Shown here in pieces: positions 1 to 10,542 of a stretch of DNA of 64,000 bases. The translations under genes and the position numbers were made by a program. Numbering within the stretch: the stretch's first letter is position 1; every line of letters begins with the position of its first letter. The notes below the pieces were generated by a model that worked only from the letters and a program-made list of their open reading frames with translations, ran no database searches and was not told where the DNA came from. The DNA is from an uncultured Acidobacteriota bacterium (GTDB lineage Bacteria; Acidobacteriota; Thermoanaerobaculia; Multivoradales; DATKCC01), in assembly GCA_963741925.1 (NCBI GenBank), contig CAVUJU010000002.1, positions 595,978 through 659,977 on the forward strand, given 5' to 3'.

Positions 1-297
1 CGCCCTCGGCGAGAATGTCCTGCATTCTTTCCACGCGAACACGATGGGGCTCAACCCGCTGGCGGGCCACTGCGACCATCTCCGATGCCGAGTCGATCCC
101 GTGGGCGTCGATGCCGGCCGCGATCGCCTTCTCCAGGAGCACACCCGTGCCGCAGCCGACGTCCAGCAGCCGACAGGAGTCCGGTGCGACGTCGAGCGCC
201 GCTTCGGTGACGAAGGCCTGATCGTCTCGGTAGTGGTCCGGCGGCGTGTGCAGGTCGTAGCGGTGCGCAAACTCGCCAAACAGCCTATAGGCCTCAC
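1..297 (-). CDS. class I SAM-dependent methyltransferase (5' part only; gene continues past window start)
   Basis: Reverse-strand translation VSEAYRLFGEFAHRYDLHTPPDHY...LLDVGCGTGVLLEKA (GxGxG motif I). The GTG start at 297 overlaps the upstream TGA (GTGA). Confidence 0.6.
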   Translation of the reverse strand, partial: MRPIGCLASLRTATTCTRRRTTTETIRPSSPKRRSTSHRTPVGCWTSAAARVCSWRRRSRPASTPTGSTRHRRWSQWPASGLSPIVFAWKECRTFSPRA

Positions 298-3200
298 TCA
301 CTGGCAGAGCCCTCCGCTCTTGCCGCGGGCATCGTGGTGAACGCCTTCACCGCCGCCTCGGTCACCTCCAGAGGTCGAGACCGGTTCGAAGAGGCAAGCG
401 GAGCGAGGCAGTCGAGAAGCCGCTCCAACGTGCGTTTCTGGCGCGGCGTCGCCGGCTTCAGCTTGCAGAGGCCGCCCAACTTCCGTTTCTCGTCCCGGAG
501 ACTGGCCCACTCCGCGAGGTTCGAGTCGGCAAGAGCCAGGAGCCGCGCGTAGCGTCGAAACCCGGTTGCCTCGCAGCGCGGGCAGGGCGTCTCCTTCGAG
601 CTCTCCTGGAGGCTGCGCGCCCACTCGTCGTCAGGGCTCCTCTGCGATTCATCCAGGAGGCGGCGAAAGAGGCCGTCCCAGCGCAGCCAGGAGGACACCT
701 GGGCCGGGTTCGAGCCGCGCTTCTTGAGAAACGAGCCTGGGCCCGGACGCGACCAGAAACCGTAGAGGATCAGTTCGCGGCCTCTGCCGTCGAGGCGTTC
801 GAAGGGGGTGCGGGCCGTCCAGAGACCCTCCCGGGCCATCCGGCTGAGGAACGGCTTGAGCTCGTTGCGGCGGACGCCCTTCATCACGGCATTGGCCTGC
901 GGCGTCAAGAACCCTTCCTCCTCCGGCGCCAACCGTCGATTCGCAACGACCAGCGCCTCGTCTAGCGTTCTGACCGTCCGGCGACCGCCGCACATGAGGC
1001 AGCGACCGGCGGGTTCGAGCCGCGAGAACTGAACCGGCACCGGCGCCATCGGCCCCACCAGGCCTCTCTCGAGGTCGAGTAGACGTTCCGAGCTGGCGGC
1101 GACCAGACGGCCGTGGGCGTCCCGAAGCTCCACGTAGCGGGAGCCGACGGCGAAGGCGTCTCGAAGCACCTCGGCCCTCTCCCTCCGCCCGCCGGTCTTC
1201 GGCACGAGGCGGTCCCCCGTCGCCCGAAGCCTCCGGACATCCAAGCTCGCTTTTCGAGACGCCCACGGCTCGCCCTTCTCGGTCACCAGCCGGAGGCCTT
1301 CCTTCGACAGATGATCCTCGGTGGTCTTGACCACCGATTGGGGGAGGTCCACTCCCCAGACCTGGAGATCCGTCAGGAAGGGATGGATTGCCAGCCATCC
1401 CCCGGGGACGATCTCCCATTCCGCGAGAAGGTCGTCGAACGCTTCGCCAGGCGGCTTGCGCAGGTCGAGCAGGAGCTTGGGGAGCTCAAGGTCCAGTCCG
1501 GCTACCTCCCAGGCCTCGGCGCCCGCCTCGGCTAGCTCGTAGAGGACCACCACGGGTTCAGCGAGGCCGTCTTCGGCCAAGGCCTGGGGAACTCCGTCTC
1601 CTTGGATGAGCGTTCGCAGGAGGGAGCGGGTCCTGGAAACCTGCTCCGGCACGGACAGCTTCTTCCCGCCGACTCGAGGTCGGGAACCGGCCGGCTTCTC
1701 GGGCTTCGGCAACTTGCCGGCGAGAGCGCGCCCTGTCGGCGTCGGAGCCTTCTCGAGCCGGCCAGGGGGACCGGAGAACACGATCTGCCCTCCATTTGGG
1801 CCACTGCCCGGCCCGAACTCGAGGACCCAGTCCGCGGCTCGAATCAAGCTGAGATCGTGCTCGACCATGACGATCGTGTTCGCCCCGTCCTCGAGGAGTC
1901 GCTCGAGCGCGCTGGCGAGGCGCCGAACATCCTCGCGATGAAGCCCGACCGCCGGCTCGTCGAGGAGGTAGATCGTGTGCTTCCCTACCGACCCACTCAG
2001 GTGCATCGCCAGGCGCAGGCGCTGGACTTCACCTCCGCTCAAGCTGTCCAGACGCCGGCCGAGCGCAACGTAGCCGATACCGAGGTCGCACATGCCGCTG
2101 ATCAAGGGCTCGGAGATGCCGAACGTGTCGACCAGGCGGCCGAGCCGATCGACTGGCATCTCGAGGAGCTCTTGCACGTTGGTGCCTGCCACGCGGACCG
2201 ACAGCACCTCATGCGTGTAGCGCGAGCCGCCACAGCGTGGGCAGACGGAGAACCGGCTACCGTCTTCCACCTCCCCCAGGCCGGCGCAGACCGGACACCG
2301 GCCGTTGCCGGCGTTGACACCGAAATCGCTCGGCGACAGTCGTTCCCGACGGGCGGCCGGCGAGGATCCGAAGGTCTTGCGAATGGCGTCGAAGTCGCTT
2401 GAAAAGGTGGCAACGAGACTTCTGCGGTTGGCTGGCGGTGTCGCCTGGTCAAGTGCGACGATCTCCTGAAGGGAGCTTAGCCCGGAGATCGACTTCCAGC
2501 GACCGCGGCGAAGCGAGAATTCCTCAGCGTCGTCCCCCACCTCCTGAAGCAAGGCCGGGGCGAGCACCCCCCTGAGGAAGCTCGACTTGCCTGAGCCGGA
2601 GACGCCACAGATGCAAGTGAGCCGGCCGAGGGGAATCTCACAGTCGACATCCTCCAGGTTGTAGATCGAAGCGCCGCAGACTTCGATCTTCGGATGGTCG
2701 CGGGCGATCTTCGAGGGCTGCCGCAGCCGATCCTCTCCTGAGGGCCGTGGCCAGTTGCGCCGTGGGCCGGCGTAGACGACCTCGCCGCCCTTCGAGGCCG
2801 CGCCAGGCCCTAGCTCGACGAGCCAATCCGCTGCCTCCCAAAGAGTCTCGCGATGCTCGTTGAGAATGACCGTATGGTCGTCGCGCAGCCGGTCGAAGGC
2901 GGCGGCTAGCGGAGCCAGGTCGGACTCGTGGAGCCCCCGGGCCGGTTCGTCGAGAAGCAGGCACAGGCCGCGTTCCCCGGCGTCGAGAACACGCGCGAGT
3001 CGGACTCTACGGCTTTCCCCCTTGCTCACCTCGATCATGCTTCGGTCTCCGGTGAGATAGCCGAGGCCGACCGAGATGAGAGACGAGGCATGCCTGCGGA
3101 GGTGTCGGACAAAAGGGACTCCTTCACGGGGGACAGCCTGTACGAGATCTCCCTGGTCCGCCGTCAGGTCGAGAACCTGGCGGAAGGTCATGGCGAGAAT

Positions 3201-4568
3201 CTCGGCGATGCCGTACCTACCGACACGTAGCGCTCTCGCCTGGAAGGACCAGCGCGTCCCGCCGCAGTAGCTGCACGGCCCGACCTCGACGAAGGCACCC
3301 AGGCGCTCGCCGGCCTTGGTCTTTCCCGCCACCTTCTCGAACACGATCTCTTCGAACCCGGCGAAGGGCCGTGGCCTGCCGATCTTGCGACCGGAGGCGT
3401 CGCGATCGAAGACGGGCTCGTCGCCGCTCCCGCCCAGTACGAGAGCTCGGGCGTCGTCGGAGAGCTTCGACCAGGGGATGTCCGGAGAGAAGCGGTGCAT
3501 GCCCCGCAGGCCTTCGATTGTCTCATGCTGAACATTCACATACTTGTAGTTCTTCTCCGTCCAGATCGCGAATGCGCCGTCTCGCATGGAACGTTCCGGG
3601 CGCGAAACGAGGCTCTCCTCGTCGAGTCGGTAGTCCACGCCTGTCCCATGACAGTTGGTGCAGGCCCCGCTCAGCTCATGATCCGGGGCGTTGAACGAGA
3701 GTAGATGCGGAGATGGCGGCGCGAACACTCCCGGAGTCTCTGGGTGGACCCAATGTTTCGTCGAATCGAGGCGAGCTCCGAAGGGCCCCATGAGGTCCGG
3801 GTTGGACGACTCGGGCAGCATGACGACCACCGAGCCCTTGGAGGCCGCGAAGGCGAGCTCCAACATCTTGCGCAACGCCTTCCTCTGGCCAGGGCCATTG
3901 ACTTCGATCTCCCCGATCGATGCCTCGATGGTGTGCCGCACGTTTGGGTTAAGTGGCTTGAACTCGGTCGTGGGGATCGAGCGGCCAGCCTCACGGATCG
4001 ACGCGGGGTCGGTCTCGCTGCGGACCACAAGCTGCTCGATACCCTTAGATGCCAGCCGCCGAACCGCGATGCGGCCGTCCGTTCGCTCGTTCCGGATGGG
4101 AGTGGCCCAGACCTCGGCGGTGCCCCGGTAGTGTTTGGCAATCCAGCGGGAGTATGTCTCCGCCGAGGGCGGTGGCACCTCGGCTCGGGCGCGCTCGGAG
4201 TACGGCTTGGAGGCGAGGACGAATAGCCGGCGAAGCACCGACAGGAAACCCGTGGCCGTGCCGACGGTTGTCCTGACGCTCGGCTGGAAGCCGCGCTGCC
4301 CTACCAGGACTGTCGGCGGCATCCTGCCGACAAAGGCCCGCACGTCGTCGCGTTCGAGGTCATCCTGCGTGGCTCCCAGGAACAGGCGGGTCCGGCGTGC
4401 TCCCTCGGCCGCCAGCGTGTCCGCAAGAAGGGAGCTCTTCCCTGATCCGGAGACTCCCGTAACGACAGAGATTCTTCCCAACGGGAAGGCGACATCGACG
4501 TTCTTCAGGTTGTTGGCGTCGCCACCGACGACTTCGATCGCTTCCGAGCTGCGAGGACGTGCCGTCAC
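294..4568 (-). CDS. UvrA-like double ABC ATPase (~975 aa core) fused to a ~450-aa C-terminal extension of unknown function
   Basis: N-terminus IEVVGGDANNLKNVDVAFPLGRISVVTGVSGSGKSSLL and second module IEVCGASIYNLEDVDCEIPLGRLTCICGVSGSGKSS match both UvrA ABC modules. It also has two LSGGE signatures, Walker B LLDEP, and zinc-finger Cys pairs (CTNCHGTG, CPVCAGLG..CPRCGGSRY). The track ORF 294..4649 is one continuous frame. The likely true start is GTG at 4568, overlapping the upstream stop (GTGA). Confidence 0.75.
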   Translation of the reverse strand: MTARPRSSEAIEVVGGDANNLKNVDVAFPLGRISVVTGVSGSGKSSLLADTLAAEGARRTRLFLGATQDDLERDDVRAFVGRMPPTVLVGQRGFQPSVRTTVGTATGFLSVLRRLFVLASKPYSERARAEVPPPSAETYSRWIAKHYRGTAEVWATPIRNERTDGRIAVRRLASKGIEQLVVRSETDPASIREAGRSIPTTEFKPLNPNVRHTIEASIGEIEVNGPGQRKALRKMLELAFAASKGSVVVMLPESSNPDLMGPFGARLDSTKHWVHPETPGVFAPPSPHLLSFNAPDHELSGACTNCHGTGVDYRLDEESLVSRPERSMRDGAFAIWTEKNYKYVNVQHETIEGLRGMHRFSPDIPWSKLSDDARALVLGGSGDEPVFDRDASGRKIGRPRPFAGFEEIVFEKVAGKTKAGERLGAFVEVGPCSYCGGTRWSFQARALRVGRYGIAEILAMTFRQVLDLTADQGDLVQAVPREGVPFVRHLRRHASSLISVGLGYLTGDRSMIEVSKGESRRVRLARVLDAGERGLCLLLDEPARGLHESDLAPLAAAFDRLRDDHTVILNEHRETLWEAADWLVELGPGAASKGGEVVYAGPRRNWPRPSGEDRLRQPSKIARDHPKIEVCGASIYNLEDVDCEIPLGRLTCICGVSGSGKSSFLRGVLAPALLQEVGDDAEEFSLRRGRWKSISGLSSLQEIVALDQATPPANRRSLVATFSSDFDAIRKTFGSSPAARRERLSPSDFGVNAGNGRCPVCAGLGEVEDGSRFSVCPRCGGSRYTHEVLSVRVAGTNVQELLEMPVDRLGRLVDTFGISEPLISGMCDLGIGYVALGRRLDSLSGGEVQRLRLAMHLSGSVGKHTIYLLDEPAVGLHREDVRRLASALERLLEDGANTIVMVEHDLSLIRAADWVLEFGPGSGPNGGQIVFSGPPGRLEKAPTPTGRALAGKLPKPEKPAGSRPRVGGKKLSVPEQVSRTRSLLRTLIQGDGVPQALAEDGLAEPVVVLYELAEAGAEAWEVAGLDLELPKLLLDLRKPPGEAFDDLLAEWEIVPGGWLAIHPFLTDLQVWGVDLPQSVVKTTEDHLSKEGLRLVTEKGEPWASRKASLDVRRLRATGDRLVPKTGGRRERAEVLRDAFAVGSRYVELRDAHGRLVAASSERLLDLERGLVGPMAPVPVQFSRLEPAGRCLMCGGRRTVRTLDEALVVANRRLAPEEEGFLTPQANAVMKGVRRNELKPFLSRMAREGLWTARTPFERLDGRGRELILYGFWSRPGPGSFLKKRGSNPAQVSSWLRWDGLFRRLLDESQRSPDDEWARSLQESSKETPCPRCEATGFRRYARLLALADSNLAEWASLRDEKRKLGGLCKLKPATPRQKRTLERLLDCLAPLASSNRSRPLEVTEAAVKAFTTMPAARAEGSASE

Positions 4569-5443
4569 GCCACAGGTTCCCCGAGGTGAAGGACGAGGAC
4601 GGACCGGGAGTCGAACTCGGTGGGAAATCGCGTGAACCGCACCGAGCAAGCGCCTCGGTAATGGAGTGCGGTGCGGTTCGACATGAGCACCGTATCGCCT
4701 GGGCGGGTGTGGAAAGGGACCGAGACATCCAGCGCAGCCCGGTGGATCGTGTCGATCATCGTCTCGAGGCCAGGTAGCGGAGCGTTAAGACGCTTGCAGG
4801 CGACGCGGAGGCTCGCTGGGTGATAGCGGATCGTCCGCTCGTTCACGAGCCGCCCTTGCCAGATCGCGGACGAGTGCTCTTGGGCCAAAGTGATCTCGGA
4901 TTCGGTCAGGAACGTCAGCGTGGCAACGTCTGCGGGGGCATCTCTCCTCAGCCGCGCGAGCAAGTCGGGCAGGAAGGCGACCCTCTGCTCCGCATACTCG
5001 GGGCCCCCCGGGTCTTCGATTTCGCATTGGAGCGCCGTGCAGCAGGGCGGCCTCGCAGAGACATTCGCATCAGTGTGGAACTCGCCAGCTTGCGTAGTAT
5101 GTGAAAGCTCCTTCGTCCATGGCGACATTCGGAAGCGCTTGACGATCCGGCCCGGGGGATAGGTCTCGAAAGAAGCGCCGAGCGCGCAGCTCGCAAGGAG
5201 CAGGGATCGCCCCCCATCCACCTGGAGGCTCCGGACCACGGCGTAGCCGCAATCGGCGATCGTTGTGCGTACGTGCTCGGAGAAGCCCTTCCAAGACTCC
5301 AAACGCTGGATGCGTGCCGCTAGGTGGCCTCCAAGTGCCTCTCGCTCTGCCTCCTCTAGGCAGTCGAAGCGCCCTGCCAGGTGGCAAATCTCGCACCTCA
5401 GATCCGCGCTGACCTGAATCTCAGGAAGTAGCCGCGCGGACAT
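4565..5443 (-). CDS. TauD/TfdA-family Fe(II)/2-oxoglutarate dioxygenase
   Basis: 292 aa with an HxD...H facial triad context (GEFHTDAN ... TALHYRG) typical of the TauD family. GC is lower and codons atypical (CTA, TTG, GCA). Confidence 0.55.
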   Translation of the reverse strand: MSARLLPEIQVSADLRCEICHLAGRFDCLEEAEREALGGHLAARIQRLESWKGFSEHVRTTIADCGYAVVRSLQVDGGRSLLLASCALGASFETYPPGRIVKRFRMSPWTKELSHTTQAGEFHTDANVSARPPCCTALQCEIEDPGGPEYAEQRVAFLPDLLARLRRDAPADVATLTFLTESEITLAQEHSSAIWQGRLVNERTIRYHPASLRVACKRLNAPLPGLETMIDTIHRAALDVSVPFHTRPGDTVLMSNRTALHYRGACSVRFTRFPTEFDSRSVLVLHLGEPVA

Positions 5444-6146
5444 CGGCCACCTGGAGACGGAAGATCAGTTTCTGCCGGTAGTGGTGCTCGAGCATGGTTC
5501 GCACGTCCGGGTAAGTGAACTCGGCGTTGAGCGGATCGTAGGTCACCCACCCCGATCGGCGCAGAGGTTGCACCGAAGGCAGAAGTCCCGCCTCAGACGC
5601 AGCCCTCATCACATCCAGCGGAGCGTGATCGTAGACCTGGTGGCCGGCGGCGACCAAGGTCTTTCTCCACTCCTGCCACAGTGGGTTCTCGGCGTGGGCA
5701 CCCAGCACGACATAGGCGACACCGCTTGGAGCCAAGACCCTGCGAATCCGCCCCATCGCCTCTCGAAGATCGTGCTCGAGGTACAGCTCCTCGTGGCTCG
5801 TAACTAGATCCACGACACCGTCGGGAATCTGGCCCCAGTCGCAGGAGTCGAGAAGCCTGACTCGCGCCGAGAGAGACGCGAGGCGTCGGCTGGCGCGACT
5901 GCGGGCGTCGCCCAGCGGCTCGACTCCGAAGATCTGGACCGGGCGAAAGCGGCGGGCCAGAGCCTCGAGAAGGCCTCCAGTATGGCAGCCGATGTCCAGG
6001 ATCACTCGCGGTTCAGCTTGGGAGTCCGTTTCGACATGCCTGATCACAGACGCCCAGAATGCCTCGTTGGCCCGAGGCAAGCCTTCATCGAGCGCAGGGT
6101 CGCCGAAGAAGGTCCGAGGTTCCGAGCCGGCGGCCTTCAAGGGCAT
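5421..6146 (-). CDS. class I SAM-dependent methyltransferase
   Basis: Motif I VILDIGCHTGGLLEALA. Internal start MPLKAAG at 6146 overlaps the upstream gene's stop (ATGCCCTTGA). Its stop overlaps the dioxygenase start. Confidence 0.6.
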   Translation of the reverse strand: MPLKAAGSEPRTFFGDPALDEGLPRANEAFWASVIRHVETDSQAEPRVILDIGCHTGGLLEALARRFRPVQIFGVEPLGDARSRASRRLASLSARVRLLDSCDWGQIPDGVVDLVTSHEELYLEHDLREAMGRIRRVLAPSGVAYVVLGAHAENPLWQEWRKTLVAAGHQVYDHAPLDVMRAASEAGLLPSVQPLRRSGWVTYDPLNAEFTYPDVRTMLEHHYRQKLIFRLQVADVRAATS

Positions 6147-6622
6147 CGCTGGGAGGAACAGCCTCGCGCCCTGGTGTCGCCGGCAGTGGGATCGATTCCG
6201 AAGTGGAGGATGAACTTCTCGACGGAGGCGCGAAAAGTGCGCTCCAATGCGGCTTCGTCCTCTGGGCCCCGCATCCCGAAATACGGGAAGTGATGAAGGA
6301 ACTCGCCGAAGACCTCGTCGCAATCGCGCGCATAGGCACGTGTATCGAGAATATGAGCGTGCCAGAAGGTGTCGATCGGCCCGGTGGGGCAGACCTTCTC
6401 GTCGCGATATCGGGCTGCTAGAGCGAGGAACTTTCTGTAGAGATCCTCGACCTCGTCGCAGAACTCGGGCGCCCAGCCTTTCTCCTCGTTCAATTTCCTC
6501 TTGAGCAGGCCGAAATCGAGCTTATCGACGCGATCGAGCGCCTGCTGGAGGGCCTCGTCGATGCCGACCATCGCCTGCGCGGCCTCGTAGGAGATCGGGC
6601 CATCTTGGTTGAACTCAGGCAT
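6137..6622 (-). CDS. DUF1399-like (glycine-rich-domain-protein-like) protein, possible metal-binding HxH/HH motifs
   Basis: 161 aa from ATG 6622, preceded by GGAGGAGG about 12 nt upstream. The motif CPTGPIDTFWHAHILDTRAYARDC resembles the DUF1399 signature. Confidence 0.4.
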   Translation of the reverse strand: MPEFNQDGPISYEAAQAMVGIDEALQQALDRVDKLDFGLLKRKLNEEKGWAPEFCDEVEDLYRKFLALAARYRDEKVCPTGPIDTFWHAHILDTRAYARDCDEVFGEFLHHFPYFGMRGPEDEAALERTFRASVEKFILHFGIDPTAGDTRARGCSSQRCP

Positions 6623-6856
6623 GTCGTGGGCTTCCCTCCTCCGGTGAATCGGTCGAGCGGGCTCACCAGCGTGCATCGCACGGAGCCGGCTTCTGACTCT
6701 GATGGGATGGCGTGGGTCTTCGTTCCAAAGCGAGTATAAGACAGGCCGCGGCCCGCACCAAACCGGCAGGCACCCAATCTACCGCACGGCGACCACCGAC
6801 CCTGCTGGCTTGACGGACGAGCCCGACGACGAGCTCCCGGGTGCTAGCATCCCACC

Positions 6857-7201
6857 ATGGTCGAGATCGAGGCCGTCTCTGCGCCGCTGGTGCTGTCCGT
6901 CGTGGGCGAGCTCGCCCGGGCGCTTCGGGAGCGGTTCGGCGGCTCGGTGGTCGACGTGCGGCTCTTCGGGTCGTTCGCGCGGGCCGAGGCCGACGAGGAG
7001 TCGGACGTGGATGTCGCGGTCGTGCTGGATCGGGTCGACTGGAAGACCCGCTGCCAGGTGATCGACCTCGCCACGGATACCGGCCTCCCCCACGACCTCC
7101 GGATCTCGCCGACGATCTTCGAGCGCGAGACCTTCGAGCGCTGGCGGGCGCAGGAGCGGCCCCTGGTCATGGACATCCTGCGCGACGGGGTGCCCCTGTG
7201 A
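6857..7201 (+). CDS. minimal nucleotidyltransferase (MNT) antitoxin-like protein
   Basis: Contains LFGSFARAEADEESDVDVAVVL (the GS..D.D nucleotidyltransferase fold motif), 114 aa. Confidence 0.7.
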   Translation: MVEIEAVSAPLVLSVVGELARALRERFGGSVVDVRLFGSFARAEADEESDVDVAVVLDRVDWKTRCQVIDLATDTGLPHDLRISPTIFERETFERWRAQERPLVMDILRDGVPL

Positions 7202-7588
7202 CCGGCGAGGGCCGGAGTCAATCGGCCGCCGCGGAGCTCGGTCTCGCGGACGAGGAGCTCCGCGCCGCCGGAGAAGCTCCTGGCCGCCGGCTTTCCCCGG
7301 ATCGCCCTCGCCCGCGCCTACTTCGCGCTCTTCCACGCCGTCCGGGCCCGACTCTACGCCGAGGGCCTCGAGCCCCGGACTCACGCCGGCGTGCAGCACC
7401 TGTGGAACGTCCACCTGGTGAGAACCGGGGTGTACGGCCCGGCGACCTCGCGCCTCCTGGCCCGGCTCCAGAAGTTCCGCGAGGAGGCCGACTACGCCCA
7501 GGCCTTCGTCGTCGACGAGGCGGGGGCGCGCGAGGAGATCGAGGCGGCCCGCGGGCTCGTGGAGAGAATCCGCGGCGACCTGGTCTGA
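7198..7588 (+). pseudogene. HEPN-domain toxin partner of the MNT, interrupted by a +1 frameshift near 7268
   Basis: The GTG at 7198 overlaps the MNT TGA (GTGA). Frame 1 gives VTGEGRSQSAAAELGLADEELRAAG. Frame 2 then gives EKLLAAGFPRIALARAYFALFHAVRARLYAEGLEPRTHAGVQHLWN...EEADYAQAF...VERIRGDLV, which is HEPN-like. Deleting one G in gccgccGgagaag restores a continuous HEPN ORF. Confidence 0.6.
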
Positions 7589-7598
7589 CCTCCCTCCC

Positions 7599-10022
<2,424 letters not shown>

Positions 10023-10097
10023 CGACGCGTCTCCTCCTCCCCTCTAACGCACGAGGCCGCGCGAGGTTGCGAAACGGGGGCGAACGCCGGGCGGCCA

Positions 10098-10260
10098 AGT
10101 GACCCGTCAACCGTCAAGTGACGTGTCCTGGCGGTCCCTCCCGCCGCTGGCGGCGTTGCTCCTCCTCGACGTAGGCACCGCTACGCCTGCGTCGGAGCGC
10201 CTGGCCAGCGACGAGAAATCCTCGCCAGATACCCTGTCACTTGACGGTTGACGGGTCACT
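10098..10260. repeat. perfect 25-bp inverted repeat pair (AGTGACCCGTCAACCGTCAAGTGAC) separated by 113 bp
   Basis: Positions 10098-10122 and 10236-10260 are exact reverse complements. Each arm contains a tandem GTCAAC/GTCAAG half-site. Confidence 0.85.
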
Positions 10261-10540
10261 AGCCGGCCGGCCCGTCGTTCTCGGGCTCGCCCGCGCCCGT
10301 CACCTCGGCGAGCAGGGCGCGGGCCTCCTCCTCGTCCTCCCGCGGCACCCGGAGGACCGCCCCGAGCCCCCGCTTGCCGAAGAAGCCGGGCGTCGTCAGG
10401 GGAAAGAGGCCGAGCGAGGACTCCCCCTCGACGACGAAGGGGATGTCGGCCGAGGCGAGCACCGACTTCGCGAGGCCGAGCTCGGCCATGTCGTGGGTCT
10501 GGAGCAGCTCGACCCAGGCTTCGCTCCCACCGCCGGCCAT
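10259..10540 (-). CDS. DUF2007-like small protein
   Basis: 93 aa (MAGGGSEAWVELLQTHDMAELGLAKSVLASADIPFVVEGE...). Its ATG lies 2 nt after the gdhA stop. Confidence 0.45.
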   Translation of the reverse strand: MAGGGSEAWVELLQTHDMAELGLAKSVLASADIPFVVEGESSLGLFPLTTPGFFGKRGLGAVLRVPREDEEEARALLAEVTGAGEPENDGPAG

Positions 10541-10542
10541 GG

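Noticed and set aside
7198-7588. Programmed frameshifting or stop-codon readthrough (MNT-TGA-HEPN in the same frame) as the explanation for the interrupted genes
   Set aside because: The MNT and downstream HEPN core are in the same frame separated by TGA, but the HEPN N-terminus reads in another frame from a GTGA-overlapping start. A simple +1 indel explains it, as it does in two unrelated genes. No slippery heptamer or stimulatory structure is evident.
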